The notes under the pieces were generated by a model. It saw only the letters and a list, made by a program, of their open reading frames with translations, ran no database searches and was not told where the DNA came from. The translations under genes were made by a program, and so were the position numbers. 64,000 bases of DNA, from the NCBI RefSeq assembly GCF_018350175.1, contig NC_058368.1, positions 59,398,001 through 59,462,000 on the forward strand, read 5' to 3'. Within the stretch, counting starts at the first letter, position 1; each line of letters begins with the position of its first letter. Source of the stretch: Felis catus (lineage: Eukaryota). Below are positions 25,136 through 39,385 of the stretch, piece by piece.

Positions 25136-27213
25136 CACACCACATTTTCTTTATCCATTCATACATCAATGGACATTTGGGCTCCTATTGCTGATAGTGC
25201 TGCTATAAACATTGGGGTGCATGTGTCCCTTTGAAATGGCACACCTGTATCCCTTGGATAAATGCCTAGTAGTGCAATTGCTGGGTGGTAGGGTTGTTCT
25301 ATTTTTAGTGTTTTGAGGAACGTCCATACTGTTTTCCAGAGTAGCTGCACCAGCTTGCATTCCCACCAACAATGCAAAAGAGATCCTCTTTCTCCGCATC
25401 CTTGCCAACATCTGTTGTTTCCTGAGTTGTTAATGTTAGCCATTCTGACACGTGTAAGGTGGTATCTCATTGTGGTTTTGATTTGGATTTCCCTGATGAT
25501 GAGTGATGTGGAGCATTTTTTCATGTGTCGGTTGGCCATTTGGATGTCTTCTTTGGAGAAGTGTCTATTCATGTCTTTGCCCATTCCTTCACTGGATTAC
25601 TTGTTTTTTTTGGGTGTTGAGTTTGATAAGTTCTTTGTAGAGTTTGGATACTAATCGTTTATCTGATATGTCATTTGCAAATATCTTCTCCCATTCTGTC
25701 AGTTGCCTTTTAGTTTAGCTGATTGTTTCCTTCACTGTGCAGAAGCTTTTTATTTTGATGAGGTCTGAGTAGTTCATTTTTGCTTTTGTTTCCCTTGCCT
25801 CTGGAGATGTGTTGAGTAAGAAATTGCTGCGGGCAAGATCAAAGAGGTTTTTGGCTGCTTTCTCCTCAAGGATTTTGATGGCTTCCTGTCTTACATGGAG
25901 GTCTTTCATCCACTTTGAGTTTATTTTTGTGTATGGTGTTAGAAAGTATTCCAGGTTCATTCTTCTGCATGTTGCTGTCCAGTTTTCCCGTTTTCCCAGC
26001 ACCACTTGCTGAAGAGACTGTCTTTATTCCATTGGATATTCTTTCCTGCCTTATCAAAGATTAGTTGGCCATACGTTTGTGGGTCCATTTCTGGGCTCTC
26101 TATTCTGTTCCATTGATCTGAGTGTCTGTTGTTGTGCCAGTACCATACTGTCTTGATGATTACAGCTTTGCAGTATAGCTTGAAGTCTGGGATTGTGATG
26201 CCTCCTGCTTTGGTTTTCTTTTTCAAGATTGCTTTGGCTATTCAGGGTCTTTTCTGGTTCCATACAAATTTTAGGATTATTTGTTCTAGCTCTGTGAAGA
26301 ATGCTGATGTTATTTTGATAGGGATTGCATTGAATATGTAGATTGCTTTGGGTAGTGGTGACATTAAATAATATTTGTTCTTCCTTTCCAGGAGCATGGA
26401 ATCTTTTTCCATTTCTTTGTGTCTTCTTCTATTTCCTCATGAGCTTTCTATAGTTTTCAGTGTATAGATTTTTTCACCTCTTTGGTTAGATTTATTCCTA
26501 GGTATTTTATGGTTTTTGGTACAACTGTAAATGGGATTGATTCCTTGATTTCTCTTTCTGTTGCTTCATTGTTGGTGTATAGGAATGCAACCGATTTCTG
26601 TGCATTGATTTTATATCCTGTGACTTTGCTGAATTCATGAATCAGTTCTAGCAGTTTTTTGGTGTAATCTTTTGGGTTTTCCACATAGAGTGTCATGTCA
26701 TCTGTGAAGAGTGAAAGTTTGACCTTCTCCTGGCTAATTTGGATGCCTTTTATTTCTTTGTATTGTCTGATTGCAAAGGCTAAGACTTCCAATATTATGT
26801 TGAATAACAGTGGTGAGAGTGGACATCCCTGTCTTGTTTCTGACCTTAGGGGGAAAGCTGTCAGTTTTTCCCCATTGAGGATGATATTAGCATTGGGTCG
26901 TTCATATATGGCTTTTATGGTCTTGAGGTATGATCCTTCTATCCCTACTTTCTTGAGGATTTTTATCAAGAAAGTATGCTCTATTTTGTCAAATGTTTTC
27001 TCTGTCTCTATTGAGAGGATCATATGATTCTTGTTCTTTGTTTTATTGATGTGATGAATCGTGTTAATTATTTTGCAGATGTTGAACCAGCTCTGCATCC
27101 CAAGTATAATCCCACTTGGCCGCGGTGAATAATTTTTTTAACTTGTTGTTGGAGCTGGTTGGCTAATATCTTGTTGAGGATTTTTGCATCCATGTTCATC
27201 AGGGAAATTGGTC
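24693..27213 (-). mobile_element. 5'-truncated carnivore L1 (RT domain to 3'UTR)
   Basis: ORF 26457-27098 has [12 protein letters not shown] and [16 protein letters not shown]; further ORF2 fragments follow; TSD taaatattctac at 24676-24687 and 27214-27225. Confidence 0.97.
25054..25140. repeat. (TG)n(TA)n compound microsatellite inside L1
   Basis: Direct reading. Confidence 0.95.
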
Positions 27214-27864
27214 TAAATATTCTACCTTTTTATATGGCATTCTACTTCAGCTGATAGTAATAGGTGGTGTTCACAATGTTTCATGAGTACAAGCAGTTTC
27301 TTTAATTGTGTTAGGTGTTCTTTCCCTGGTCGTGAGTGGTTTCCTCACATGACAATGTAGTAAGTACTTTTCTGAATTCTTGAGGGTGAATCCAGAGTTC
27401 TTTTTTCTCTGCAGTTTTCTTTATTATTCTTCCTTGTGAACTTTAGACACCTTTGTCACTCCAGTCTCATCTCTGTTTCCTTATTTTGGACTCTGCTAGC
27501 TCCCCTTGTTTTCACCTTCCCATAATTCAGCCAGCAAAGCTCTCAAAGTATTAGTCTATGTGCAGTAACAGAGCTCACTATCCATCTATCTATTTATTTA
27601 TTATCACTGTCCTCTGTTAACCAGACACCATTGTCATGAATGAAAACTGTAGTATCGTATATTTTGTATGTATGTTTATGTTTCAGGCACGAAAGTAAAT
27701 CCAGTCCCTCTTGGTATATTATGGCCTGAAGTGGTACTCTAAATCCTTTAAATCTATCACCTTAAAGTAACAATAGAAAACAGTTGTTTCACTTTTTAAT
27801 GTACTGTTTAAATTACCTACATTCCTTACTTAAAATTTAAGCATACTAGATATCTATATATTCT

Positions 27865-28050
27865 TTATTAATGTTTATTTATTTATTTTGAGTGGGAGAG
27901 AGGGAGAGAGTGAGCATGAGTCGGGGTGGGGCAGAGAGAGAGGGAGAGAATCTCAAGCAGCCTCTGTGGTGGGCGGCTGGATCTCACAAACCATGAGATC
28001 ATGACCTGAGCTGAAACCAAGCTTAACCGACTGAGCCACCTAGATGACCC
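27865..28050 (-). mobile_element. CanSINE with internal deletions
   Basis: atgtttatttatttattttgag...gatcatgacctgagctgaaa...gcttaaccgactgagccacc. Confidence 0.88.
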
Positions 28051-28599
28051 AAGAGATCCATTTATTCTAATCAATATTTTATTCATACCCAATGCCTGGA
28101 AATAGTCTTTTTTCTTTTTAAACCAAATTATGCATAAAAGAAAAATGAATAAGTATTATACAAGTTAAGATATTAAAGCAAACAAAAGAAAATGGTTTCA
28201 AAAGCATAATTTAAATTAGATGGAATTATCATTGATATAATTTTTGGAATTAAGTAGAACTCTGCAAGAGTTGATAAATAATGAGTTAATTTCCATTTCA
28301 AAAAGAAATAGCTCTTGATACAACCAAATTGTAAAAAGACAGCCTCATGCTGACAAAGATGTTTTACACAGTGCATCATTTCTTATCATCAGAATCAAAT
28401 GAGCACAGTTGGTGTGTGGCAGTTATTCTTTAGTTTCTGAGTTTTTCTCAATAAAAGTACTATAAAGAAAGTATTGGAAGGAAATGTTCATGGAATGTTC
28501 TCTTATAAGTAATGGAATGAATTGATTATCTTTTTTTAAATCTTTAAATTATTATTTCAAATGCACTAAATCAATTTCTTAATTGACTAATCTACATAA

Positions 28600-28800
28600 G
28601 CTATTACTTAGAACATTATTAAGTGCTTACATAGTAAGCACTGAGGATACAGAAGTGAATTACAGACAGCTCCAATCTGGTGAGCTCATCGCATTTTTGT
28701 AGACACAGACACATAAATAACTGAGACACACTACCATAACTTCCATAATATACGTGTCTGCAAAGGGTAATGGGAAATAGATGAGTGAATAATCCATTCA
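28600..28800 (-). mobile_element. L2 3' relic
   Basis: attattaagtgcttacatagtaagcactgaggatacagaagtgaat resembles an L2 terminus. Confidence 0.45.
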
Positions 28801-29080
28801 TCCTAGACTCATGGTGCTTGTTTATTAAGACCTTAAACTTCTTTAGCCAAATTCACTTCCTCATCTACAGGTTGGATGAAGTTCAACAAGTTTGCCCTGG
28901 CTAATATTCAACTGTGCAAGGAGAAATAGTAACTTTAGCATCTTTCTTAAGTTCACTTTTCTGTGTCTATCAAAGGTGAAGGCTAAATATGATAAGATAT
29001 CTAATATGGAAACTTGGTAAATATGTGGAAATAGATAAAGTTATGCAAAGTTGTGCATTAGATTACCTTTTTAGTGGGAT

Positions 29081-29296
29081 TTTTAAATTTCTTTTTTTAA
29101 GTTTACTTATTTATTTTGAGAGAGAGAAAGAGAGCAAAAGCAGGGTAGGGGCAGAAGGAGAGGGAGAGAGAGAATCCCAGTCAGGCTTCATGCTGTCAGT
29201 GAGGAGGCTGATGCGGGGCTCAATCTCATGAGCCATGAGATTGTAACCTGAGCCGCAATCAAGACTCGAACAGTTAATTGACTGAGCCACCCCAGC
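29081..29296 (-). mobile_element. CanSINE (older subfamily)
   Basis: SINE body, (GA)-rich linker and T-rich tail. Confidence 0.9.
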
Positions 29297-29536
29297 ATAA
29301 AAAGATGTAATTAAGGTAATAAATTCTGTAAGGAATATTATTGTTGTAAATATATTTGCTGTATTTCTTTTGAAATAATTTTCATTACTGTAATGTAAAT
29401 TGGAGCTGTTTATGCCATTCAAATAAACCAATATAATTGAAAACACGTTTACATTAGGCCTCTTATTTGACACTGTACCATTATGTTATATGTGCCACTC
29501 TAATTATCTACCAGCTAATCCAAGATACTAAACTTG

Positions 29537-29542
<6 letters not shown>

Positions 29543-29585
<43 letters not shown>

Positions 29586-29598
29586 TGCACACACACAC
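29543..29598. repeat. (CA)n microsatellite
   Basis: Direct reading. Confidence 0.95.
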
Positions 29599-31409
29599 GT
29601 TCTATTCTTATGATATTTGTGATGTTCCTTTAAGTGACTCATATCACTGCAAAAGGGCTAATATATGAGCCAGAGTACTCACACTTAAAAATAGGCAGAT
29701 TACTTGTATTTGAAAAATTTGATACTTTTAAGCAATGTTCAAAATATCTAAGAAAATAATTAATTTAGCCAAAGAACAATAAGCAATGCAAAGAAGCTAG
29801 ATGGAGTGTGCATAGGATATCATTTTTGATTCAGACTACAAATCACTGGGAAATATCAGATGTGACTGAATCAAGCTGCTCAGGTGAGGCCACTGCTCTG
29901 CTTCCTATTTGCCTTGGCTTCCTTTCACGTCAACCCCGTTCTGAAACATCCCACTCTAATTTCTTTCCTTTTCTTATTATGCTGTTATGCAAACCCAGAA
30001 GCCATGGGCTGTCTGTGAAAATGATTCCATTATTATCACTTTTTCACTCTTTTTTATGAGAGTAATCAGACTCTTCACCTGGGGCAATCACATGTATCAG
30101 CTGGAGGTCTCTATGCCATGAATGGAGTTCAAATAGTTTATTCCTTAGATATGCTGCAAGATCAACTTATTTCTTTTCTGATTTAAAAGAAAATGAGAGA
30201 GTGGAGAAAGAGAAAAAACAAGTGTAAAACAAACAAAATGCAATAAAAACAAGAAGCAAAAACAAAAATATGATATAAAATCAGCTCCCAGTTTCTTCTT
30301 AATTTGCTTAAATATAATCCAAGCCTCTGTATTTATTATTTTTCACCCATGTTAAAATATTATCTATGTGTTTGCTACGTAAAATATGAGCTGTTTACCT
30401 CTCTGCTCATTGCAAAATAAATCTAAATTTCCCAGAATATGATAATAGCTAATATTTAATGAAAAATTACATTTACATTGAGAAAAGTACTTTATGAGCA
30501 TTGCCTGACTGAAACCTAAAAAAAAAATTTAAAAACTTATGGAAGTGGTAGGTATTATATTATCAGTGAAGAAATTGGAGATCAGAAAATCAAAATACTT
30601 GGCACATGAAAAAATTAATACAATGTAGAACTTAGTTATAATCCAGACTACTGAACAACTGTGTTCCAAATTTTATTTATATACCTATATATAAATATTT
30701 ATATATATTTATAAACATATAAACATTATATTTATACATATTTCTGTGTACATACTATAAACATAAATATTTACTGCTAAATATTACATTTACATCAGAA
30801 ATTTATATGGTTTCCAATTAATATTATATATTAAGATACCCTTATGGTCACATGTATATGTTAGGGAATAGTTATTGGTACCTACTATATATTAAGCACT
30901 ACTATAACTTTATGAACTCAAAGGAGAATAAAACAGACAACAGATTGATCTCCAGCATATGGTTTAGTAAACAAGCAATCACACATTTGTTATATGCCAA
31001 AAATCAGATGAGTAGTATAAAATGTAACAAATGTCTTTGTTACAGGTTTGGTGTAATGGCATTCAGTGAAGGTATGCCTATAGTAGTAAAATTTCAAGTG
31101 AAATTAAATTAAGAGTATATGTCAATTGAAAAGAAAAAAAAAGAAACAGCAGTTCAAAGAGTGGGGGAAAGTAAAATTACTTTATTGCTGGAGAAAGTAT
31201 AGTTTATGAGGAGTCCATAAACTTGCGACTGAGATCCAGTGTACTTGTGACTGAGAAATTGTAATGTCAGTTGATACTAAGGACACCATTTTGTTAAAAA
31301 AATGATTTAAGTTTAGTGCATACCATACTGAAATGTCTCTGATTAAGAAACAACAAAAATGTTTGAATTTTTTTTCATTTTGAAAGCTGAATATTTTAAA
31401 ATAGTTTAA

Positions 31410-31789
31410 AACATTTTAATTCCAGTGTAGTTAACATATAGTGTTACATTCGTTTCAAGTGTACTGTACAGTGATTTGACAATTCTATATATTACTCGGT
31501 GCTTATCGTAAGTATACTCTTAATCCCCTTCACCTATTTCACTGATTTCCCCCCCCCCCTTCACCTCCCTTCTGGTAATCATCAGTTTATTCTCTACAGT
31601 TAAGAGTTTGTTTTTAGATTTGTCTCTTTGGTTTGTTTGTTTGTATTGTTAAATTCCTCACATAAATGAAATAATATGATATTTTTCTTTCTTTGACTTA
31701 TTTCACTTAGCATTATACTCTGTAGGTCTATCAATGTTTTTGCAAATGTCAAGATTTCATCCTTCTTTATGTCTGAGTACTATTCCATA

Positions 31790-31829
<40 letters not shown>

Positions 31830-31903
31830 TCTGCACCTTCTATATACATTCTATATACATATATATATATACATTCTATATACATATATATCTATATACA
31901 TTC

Positions 31904-31954
<51 letters not shown>

Positions 31955-32598
31955 TGCACCTTCCTTATCCATTTATCTCTCAGTGGACACTTGACTGCTT
32001 CCATAATTTAGCTATTGTAAATAATGCTACAGTAAACACACGGTTGCATATGTCTTTTTCAAGTTAGTTTTTTTGTATTCTTGGGGTAAATGCCGAGTAG
32101 TGGAATTACTGGATCATAGAGTAATTCTATTTTTATTTTTTTTAGGAACCTTCATACTATTTTCCACAGTAGTGGTACCAACTTGTATTCTCACTAACAG
32201 TACACGAGGGTTCATTTTTCTCCACATCCTCACTAACACTTGTTGTTCCTTTTTCCAGCCATTCTGACAGGTGTGAGAGATAATATCTCATTGTGGTTTT
32301 GGTTTGCATTTCTCTGATGAGTGATGTTGAGCATCTTTTCATGTGTCTGTTGGCCATCAGTATATCTTCTGAGAAACGTCTGTTCATGTCTTCTATCCAT
32401 TTTTAATTAGGTTGTTCATTTTTTTTTTGGTGTTGAGTTGTATAAGTTCTTTATATATTTTAAGTACTAACTCTTTATTGGATATGTCATTTGCAAATAT
32501 CTTTTCCCGTTCAACAGGTTGTCTTTTAGTTTTGTTGATGGTTTCCTTCAGGGTGCAGAATGGTTTTATTTTCACATAGTCCTAATAGTTTATTTTTT
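31410..32598 (-). mobile_element. 5'-truncated L1 (ORF2 C-terminus plus 3'UTR) with internal (TA)n-rich repeat at 31789-31951
   Basis: ORFs [23 protein letters not shown] and [25 protein letters not shown]; carnivore L1 3'UTR. Confidence 0.93.
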
Positions 32599-32639
32599 GA
32601 AAGCAGTTTATTCTAAATGTAGGTAATTCTTTTCCTTTT

Positions 32640-33535
32640 TATTACTTTTTTATTGAAGTATAATTAATATACAATGTTATATTAGTTTCAGGTGTATAAA
32701 ATATTTATTCAACAATTCTGGACGTTACTCAGTGCTCACCATGATAACAGTAGTTACCATATCACCATATAATGTCACTACAATATTATTGACTGTATTC
32801 CCCATGTTGTATTTTTCATCTTCATACAGAGAAATTAATACTTCTTGAACCCCTATATCTATTTTAACCAACCACCACCCACCTTTCCTCTGGCAACCAC
32901 CAGTTGTTCTTATTTAGGAGTCAGATTTTTGGTTGGTTGGTTTGTGATATCTGTCATTATCTGCCTGACTTTTTGCAGTTAACATAATGCCCTCTGGGTT
33001 CATCTGTGTTGTCACAAATGGCAAGATTGCATTCTTTTTTATGGCACAGTAATATTACATTGTGTATATATACCACTTCTTCTTTATCCATTAATTCACT
33101 GATGGACAGATGGAATGTTTCCATTTCTTGGCTATTGTAAATAGTACTGGGATAAATAATACTGGGATAAATGTACGTATATTTTTTTTCAAATTAGTGC
33201 TTTTTTTTTTTTTTTGGATAAATACCCAGAAGTGGAATAGCTAAATCATATAGTAGTTCTGTTTTTAAGTTTTTGAGCAACCTCAGTACTATTTTGCATA
33301 GTGGTTTCATGAATTTACGTTTAAATTTCCATCACCTAGTGTATGGTCCCTTGGTTTTATAGCTCTCTAACACACATTTCTTTTTAATAATAGCCATACT
33401 GACAAATGTGGTATAATATCTCATTGTGGTTTTGATTTGTATTTCCTTGATGATTGGTGATGGTGAGCATCTTTTCATATGCCTATTGGTCATCTGATTA
33501 TCTTTAGAAAACTATTCAGATCCTCTGCCCATTTT
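32640..33535 (-). mobile_element. Second 5'-truncated L1, directly adjacent and more diverged
   Basis: ttattgaagtataattaatatacaatgttatattagtttcaggtgta 3' end; tatctcattgtggttttgatttgtatttcc ORF2 segment. Confidence 0.9.
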
Positions 33536-34240
33536 GTAAACATTTTGGTAATAAATTTTTACTGGATTTCATGAAAAAATATTCATGGCAAAACAGAAAA
33601 GATTTTGCTGTAGTGAGATTTTTAAAATAACTAAGATGTGAGTGTGTGTGTGTTTCTTTCATTAATAAATTTGTATCAGTAGAAAAGAAAACTATGAGAA
33701 AACAGAAATTGCATATGTGTGTGCACAGTCATTACAGATAAACATAATTTTGTCATGAATGATCCTATCCTTTCTTAAATATCCTGTGAGGCAGATAGTG
33801 ATTAAAATGATTTTGCCTGAGGAAGAAAGCAGTGAATTTCAATTTCACACTTGTAGTCTCTTCCTCTGAATAATTTTGTTACCTTATTATAAATACATTA
33901 TGTTTTTGAATATCAAAGTTTCTTTCAGAATATTGTACTCTTGATCTGCATGAGATTGTGAAACACTATCTGAAAGTACAAAAAAAGAAAAGAAAGAATT
34001 CTTTGTAACTACCAGGGCTCGTGTTTAAACCACGGAAGACATTAATTTATATAAGACTAAGGAAGTGGTCTTAAATAATGTGCTTAATATCTAGATTATT
34101 AGTTACCTCATTTGTAAAACCGGGTGTTAACAAGACCTTCTCCATAAGCATTCTGCAAGAATAAAATAATAAGCTATGTGCGAACACACCTGGACATGTC
34201 TGAATTATACTACCGTATAGACAAATCAAAATCTGAATTA

Positions 34241-34403
34241 GGGCTATCTGGGTGTCTTAGTTGGTTGAGTGTCTGACTCTTGATTTGGGCTCAGGTCATG
34301 ATCCCAGCATCGTTGGATAGAGCCCTGCCTTGAGCTCTGTGCTGAGCATGGAGCCTGCTTAAGATTCTCTCTCTCCCTCTGCCCTTCTCCCTAAAATAAA
34401 AAC
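34241..34403 (+). mobile_element. CanSINE (older, shortened)
   Basis: gtctgactcttgatttgggctcaggtcatgatc...ggagcctgcttaagattctctc. Confidence 0.88.
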
Positions 34404-34649
34404 ATTTTTTTAATTAAAACTTTTTCTAAGAATAATGTAATAAATAGTATTAGAAAATATAGTGTTTGAGAACTGGATAAACAACCTTCAGAATGATTTT
34501 TGAAAAGTACTTTAGTGTGATAGACATTGGCTGAACATATATTTTATCTCTTTCATGCAATGAGAGAATAAGCTTTGGTTCCAGTGAACTATATAGCCAA
34601 AAGGAGATTGGGAAGGGAAGGCCTCTTTGACAGAGTGAGGGTGATTATA

Positions 34650-34820
34650 GGGGCACCTGGGTGGCTTAGTCATTTAAGGATCTGACTCTTGATTTCCGAT
34701 CAGGTCATGATCTCAAGGTCATGAGATTGAGATTGAGCCCCATGTAGAGCTCCGGGCTGAGTAGGAAAACCTGCTTAAGATTCTCTCTCTCCTATTCCCT
34801 CTGCCCCTGGCCTGTTCATA

Positions 34821-34869
<49 letters not shown>

Positions 34870-34937
34870 AAAATAAATAAAAAAAATAAATGAAGAAAAA
34901 AAGAAATAAAGAAAGAGAAAGAAAAAGAAAAGAAGAA
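34650..34937 (+). mobile_element. CanSINE with long (CT)n and GA-rich tail
   Basis: ggggcacctgggtggcttagtc...; degenerate TSD ending ttatag. Confidence 0.92.
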
Positions 34938-36560
34938 AGTTGTTATAGCCACTTCTTTACTGGGAGCCAACAATCGAATATGTGAAGTTACTTCCAGAAG
35001 TAATGTCATTGTTTCTGATCTAGCGCATATAGAGAACTCTGTGCACAGCTGTTCTTAAAGCCCTTATCAGCTTCCCACGAGCCCTTCTTCTCATCTGCTG
35101 GTTGAAGAATGCAACCACATTCTTTTCAAAATACTTAAATGATTGAAGAGGTATTGTCCATATTCTGGAGAAGAGAGATTATTTCCCCAATTGTGCCATC
35201 CCCCAAAAAGAGGAAAATGCAAGTGAGCTTGTGTTATAGAACTTGCTTCTCACAAAGCTTCTTGTTTATAAAAGCCTTCTTTTTTGGTGTGCAGTGTAGT
35301 ACATGAATCTAAAGTTCAGCTGTTCCAGAATGTCTATTTATTTTATTTCTCCTGCCACACAAATACAAGGGCTTCATCAAGATATCCTTGTGTTCTTTAT
35401 AGATCACTAGTGCTTGAAGAGTTGAGCTGATAACATTCATGCTTGCTTGAAAAGTGGCAGGAGTACTTACTAACCTGCAATGTGATAGTATCTTCTTTTC
35501 CCCGTAAACAGACATATTTGCAATAATTATGAGCAATTCTTCTTACACAATTCCAAAAATTACAAGTAGATATGTAAGAATTTTTTACAAGTTTTATTTA
35601 CATAAACTTCTGTTATTCCATTTCCTTGATATTTTTTTTGAGAAAATCTTTAGAAATGTGCTTTTATCCAAAAGTAAAAGCAGGTACTCCAAGTTTATTT
35701 ACAAAATGTTGACTTGTCCTCAGTTAGAACATACACACAAACTTAATTTAATACTGGCCTCTACATTTTTATTATAGAGAGAGTTTGAAGGCACTCATGC
35801 AAAGAACACTTTATATTGATAATATTTATTGAATTGTGAATGACTTGTTCTTTCCTCTTAAACATCATTTAACTGTTTCCCACTTAATACTAAATGTAGA
35901 CAGAGGCATGTTATGCATATACCTTAGAAGTAAGAAGTAAGAAGTTTTCAGTTTATTAACAACAAAGCAGTTTAGCCACATGGAAGCTACATCATCAACC
36001 ATGACATTATAGTTAAATTGACTGAATGTCTCAGGCAGTAGCATGCCACACATTGCCTATTTTCAAGGCTTACTTCAAAATATATTTCCCAATTACAGAT
36101 ACAGAAACCACAGTTACTGTAATTATAGCAATAAAGTTATAAATCAGGGTCCCAGAGATTTATTTGCTTACTCACATGTTTGTTCATTTATTATTTTATT
36201 CTTCAATCATTTGAGCCTAATACAAGGAAAAACAAATGAAAATGTTTGGCATCAGAGGGTCAATGGTTAGATCACTTATAATAAAGTGATTTGGGGTTAA
36301 TTGTTTACATTATCCATGCCATACTTTAATTGTGAGACAAAAATGAATGTATGTATTCATGCATATGTGTATATAAATAGATACACATATATGAAAATTG
36401 CATTTAAGCTCTAAATCTATATGCAGATGGTATCTACTTATTTTTAATTATTTTATCTACCAATATAAGGAGTAAATATTGAATTTTAAAATGTAGGGAT
36501 AGGATATGACTGATATTCTAGGCCTAAAATATTGTAATTTATTAGAATTGGAAAGATGTA

Positions 36561-36683
36561 GGAGGGCCTGGGTGGCTCAGTCAGTTAAGTGTCTGACTCT
36601 TGATTTCGGCTCAGGTCATGATCTTATGGTTGTGAGATGGAGCCCTTTGTTAGACTCTGCACTGGTCATGGGGCCTGCTTGTG

Positions 36684-36725
<42 letters not shown>

Positions 36726-36783
36726 CCTCTCTCCCTCTGCCCCTTCCCTGCTTGCATGCTCTTTCTCTCAAAAAAAAAAAAAA
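36561..36783 (+). mobile_element. CanSINE
   Basis: TSD ggaaagat(g/a)ta at 36550-36560 and 36784-36794. Confidence 0.93.
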
Positions 36784-39095
36784 GGAAAGATATATACTCA
36801 TACAGCCTATAGTATTATTTTTAATCACCTTATGAACAGTTATTTGCTTCTAATAGCATTCATATAATATTGTTATTGCATAATCTCATTTTTGGTATGT
36901 TTCAATTTTTCCCATAGAAACCAATTCTACTAGGAAATAGTTAACATGTGTTGGCTCTGTGAATGAAAAAAAAAAGTCAAACACACTGGAAAACACAGGT
37001 TAAACTTGGTTGAGCCATTGCCAAAGCCTCTGACCTACTCTCCTCCTACCGTCTTTGAAATATTTCCCTTGTCTCCTGCACACTTTCTAATTATTTATGG
37101 TCACTACACTCTGTAATTGTCAGGGATTGCATTCATTTGAAGAACACTCAGACCAGTTGTTTCAGATGTTGATGCTCACCTCCTCATCTAAAAATAATTG
37201 GCTATAATTTGCATTTTCCTTTAGAAACAAACTGATCAAATAGAATTCACATTTTTCTGATTCCCATCCTTAAGTTTTTCACCATCTTCAGTTTTTCACC
37301 ATCTTCCACAAACATTTCCATTGTACCACACATTATCTTCTATAATCAACCATCTTCTCACGCTTCCTATTCTTACATTATGCCACCTGAAATTGGAATT
37401 GATGGTTAACCAAAATTTGCTTTTTTAATTAAAATTACACTTTTATTGTTCCATCCAACTCCTTTCCTTACCTTACCTTACCTTACCTTACCTTATTTGA
37501 AACCTGGAAGTCCATTGAGGTCAGCTTTTCCCCCAAAGCCATCTTAGTTTGAAGCACTTTATAATACAAATCATGAATAATTCAATACAAAGGATGAAAG
37601 TCCTCCTTGCTTCTACCCAAGGCTACTTCCAAATCTTTACTCTCCCACTCTCTGATAAATATCCCTGCTGCTTCAAGGTTCAGGCCACCTACAATAATAA
37701 ACTACTATCTCCCCAGCTCTGTTATTTACTCATACACATGTAAATTCCCACGTTCATTGAAGATTATCTGGATTACTCTTTTCTTTAACAATTTCTGATA
37801 TTATTGTACAATTTTCCCTGTTTGTCAGTTTTACATTGTATTGCCAGATTGTATCCTAAAATGGAATGTATAGGGCTACATAAGTTGGTCAGTTTCTACG
37901 GTGTTAAATTTCACCTGAAGGAACTGTTAATTTCTTGATTAATAGTGAAATTGAACATTTGTTAATATATCTATTTTACAGTCACAATATCTATTAGTTG
38001 CACTTTATTTAAAAAGTACAATTTTACTTACACAGTTATACAATTAATTATGAAAGGCTTAACTTCTCCAGTAAATGGCAACCTCCTGATAAATCAAATA
38101 GTTTTATTGTGTAATCCCAGGTTGGGCAACTGAGTCAGTCCCTGTCTTCCTCTCTGTCTTCCTCTATCTTTCTCCTCTTGTATACATATACATTTATTAC
38201 ACTATGCAGAATTAACAAATAAAACAAGGTGGAATTGAATATTCATGGAATATATAGTTTCTGTACAATCTAGAGATATATAAAATAACAGAGTTCATGA
38301 GCGTTTAATTAAATTGGTAAAAGTGTGTACCGAAAATATCTATCTTTAAAGTGAGTCACTGAGTTCAGTCAGTCAGTTGCCTAATATGACATAATGTCAT
38401 GAACACAAAGGAAAGTGTTTTTTTAAGTCCTACTCTAAATGTGGAAGATTTTGCTGTCAAATCCTAAGTCCAGAGGTTTGACAGTATACTACAACAGATA
38501 TGTTAGTGTTACAGGATAGAAATTAACTTTTATCAATAAATTTTGAGTTAAATACAAAGCTGGCTAGGAAGATATAAAAATTCAATCAATAAAAATATAC
38601 AACACCAACTGCAACAATAAAATCACTACTGTCACTTTATTAATGTATTGTTGCACTTAGGAGCATATTTTTAACACAATTGAAAAAAGTGTAATATTTG
38701 CATAAGCGATATAAAAGCAGTATACTTACGAATATAATTTGTAAACCAAATACATCATAGGTGAATTTTATAAACTGCGATACATATTTTACTGTAAGTA
38801 ATTTTGCAATTGTGAAAATGTAGCTACTTTAGGCACATTTAAAGCAAGACACAATTTTCTCATATTTCAAGGGGTTTACAGGAGTGACTAACTTTGAGGA
38901 TTTAAAACTTGAGGTTGTGAGCATAGAGTGGAGACAGACATTCCTGAGGACAGTCATAAGAAAGCTATGTCTTTTATAATTTAGAATCCATTAAGAAATA
39001 CTTATAAATTAAGTGAGTTGTCTGATTACATGCCATTCCCTTGATCCAATTTACTTTTTGTCTGCCTCAGAGTTTATGCAATTCTGATTACTCTT

Positions 39096-39343
39096 GGAGA
39101 GAGGAGTTAAGATGGCACAATGGTAGGAGGACTTTATGCTTGCCTTGAACCTCAAACACAGCTATATAAATATCAAATCATTCTGAACACCTAGGAAATT
39201 GATCTAAGGATTGAGAAAACAAATTGCACAACTAGAAGGAGAAAAGAGACCATATTGTGGAAGGTAGGAGATGCAGAGGTATGAAATGGGGGAGAAAAGA
39301 ATGCCAGTGGTGCACAAGGGAGAGAGCCCTGATCAGGGAGAAG

Positions 39344-39385
<42 letters not shown>

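Noticed and set aside
26457..27098. 213-aa reverse transcriptase ORF as a domesticated or active RT
   Set aside because: It lies in a 5'-truncated L1 with no promoter or endonuclease, has FADD changed to FTDD, and is followed by frameshifts.
37263..37494. 18-bp tandem duplication (agtttttcaccatcttc) and (CCTTA)n run
   Set aside because: Ordinary slippage products; the CCTTA run is not the telomeric TTAGGG repeat.
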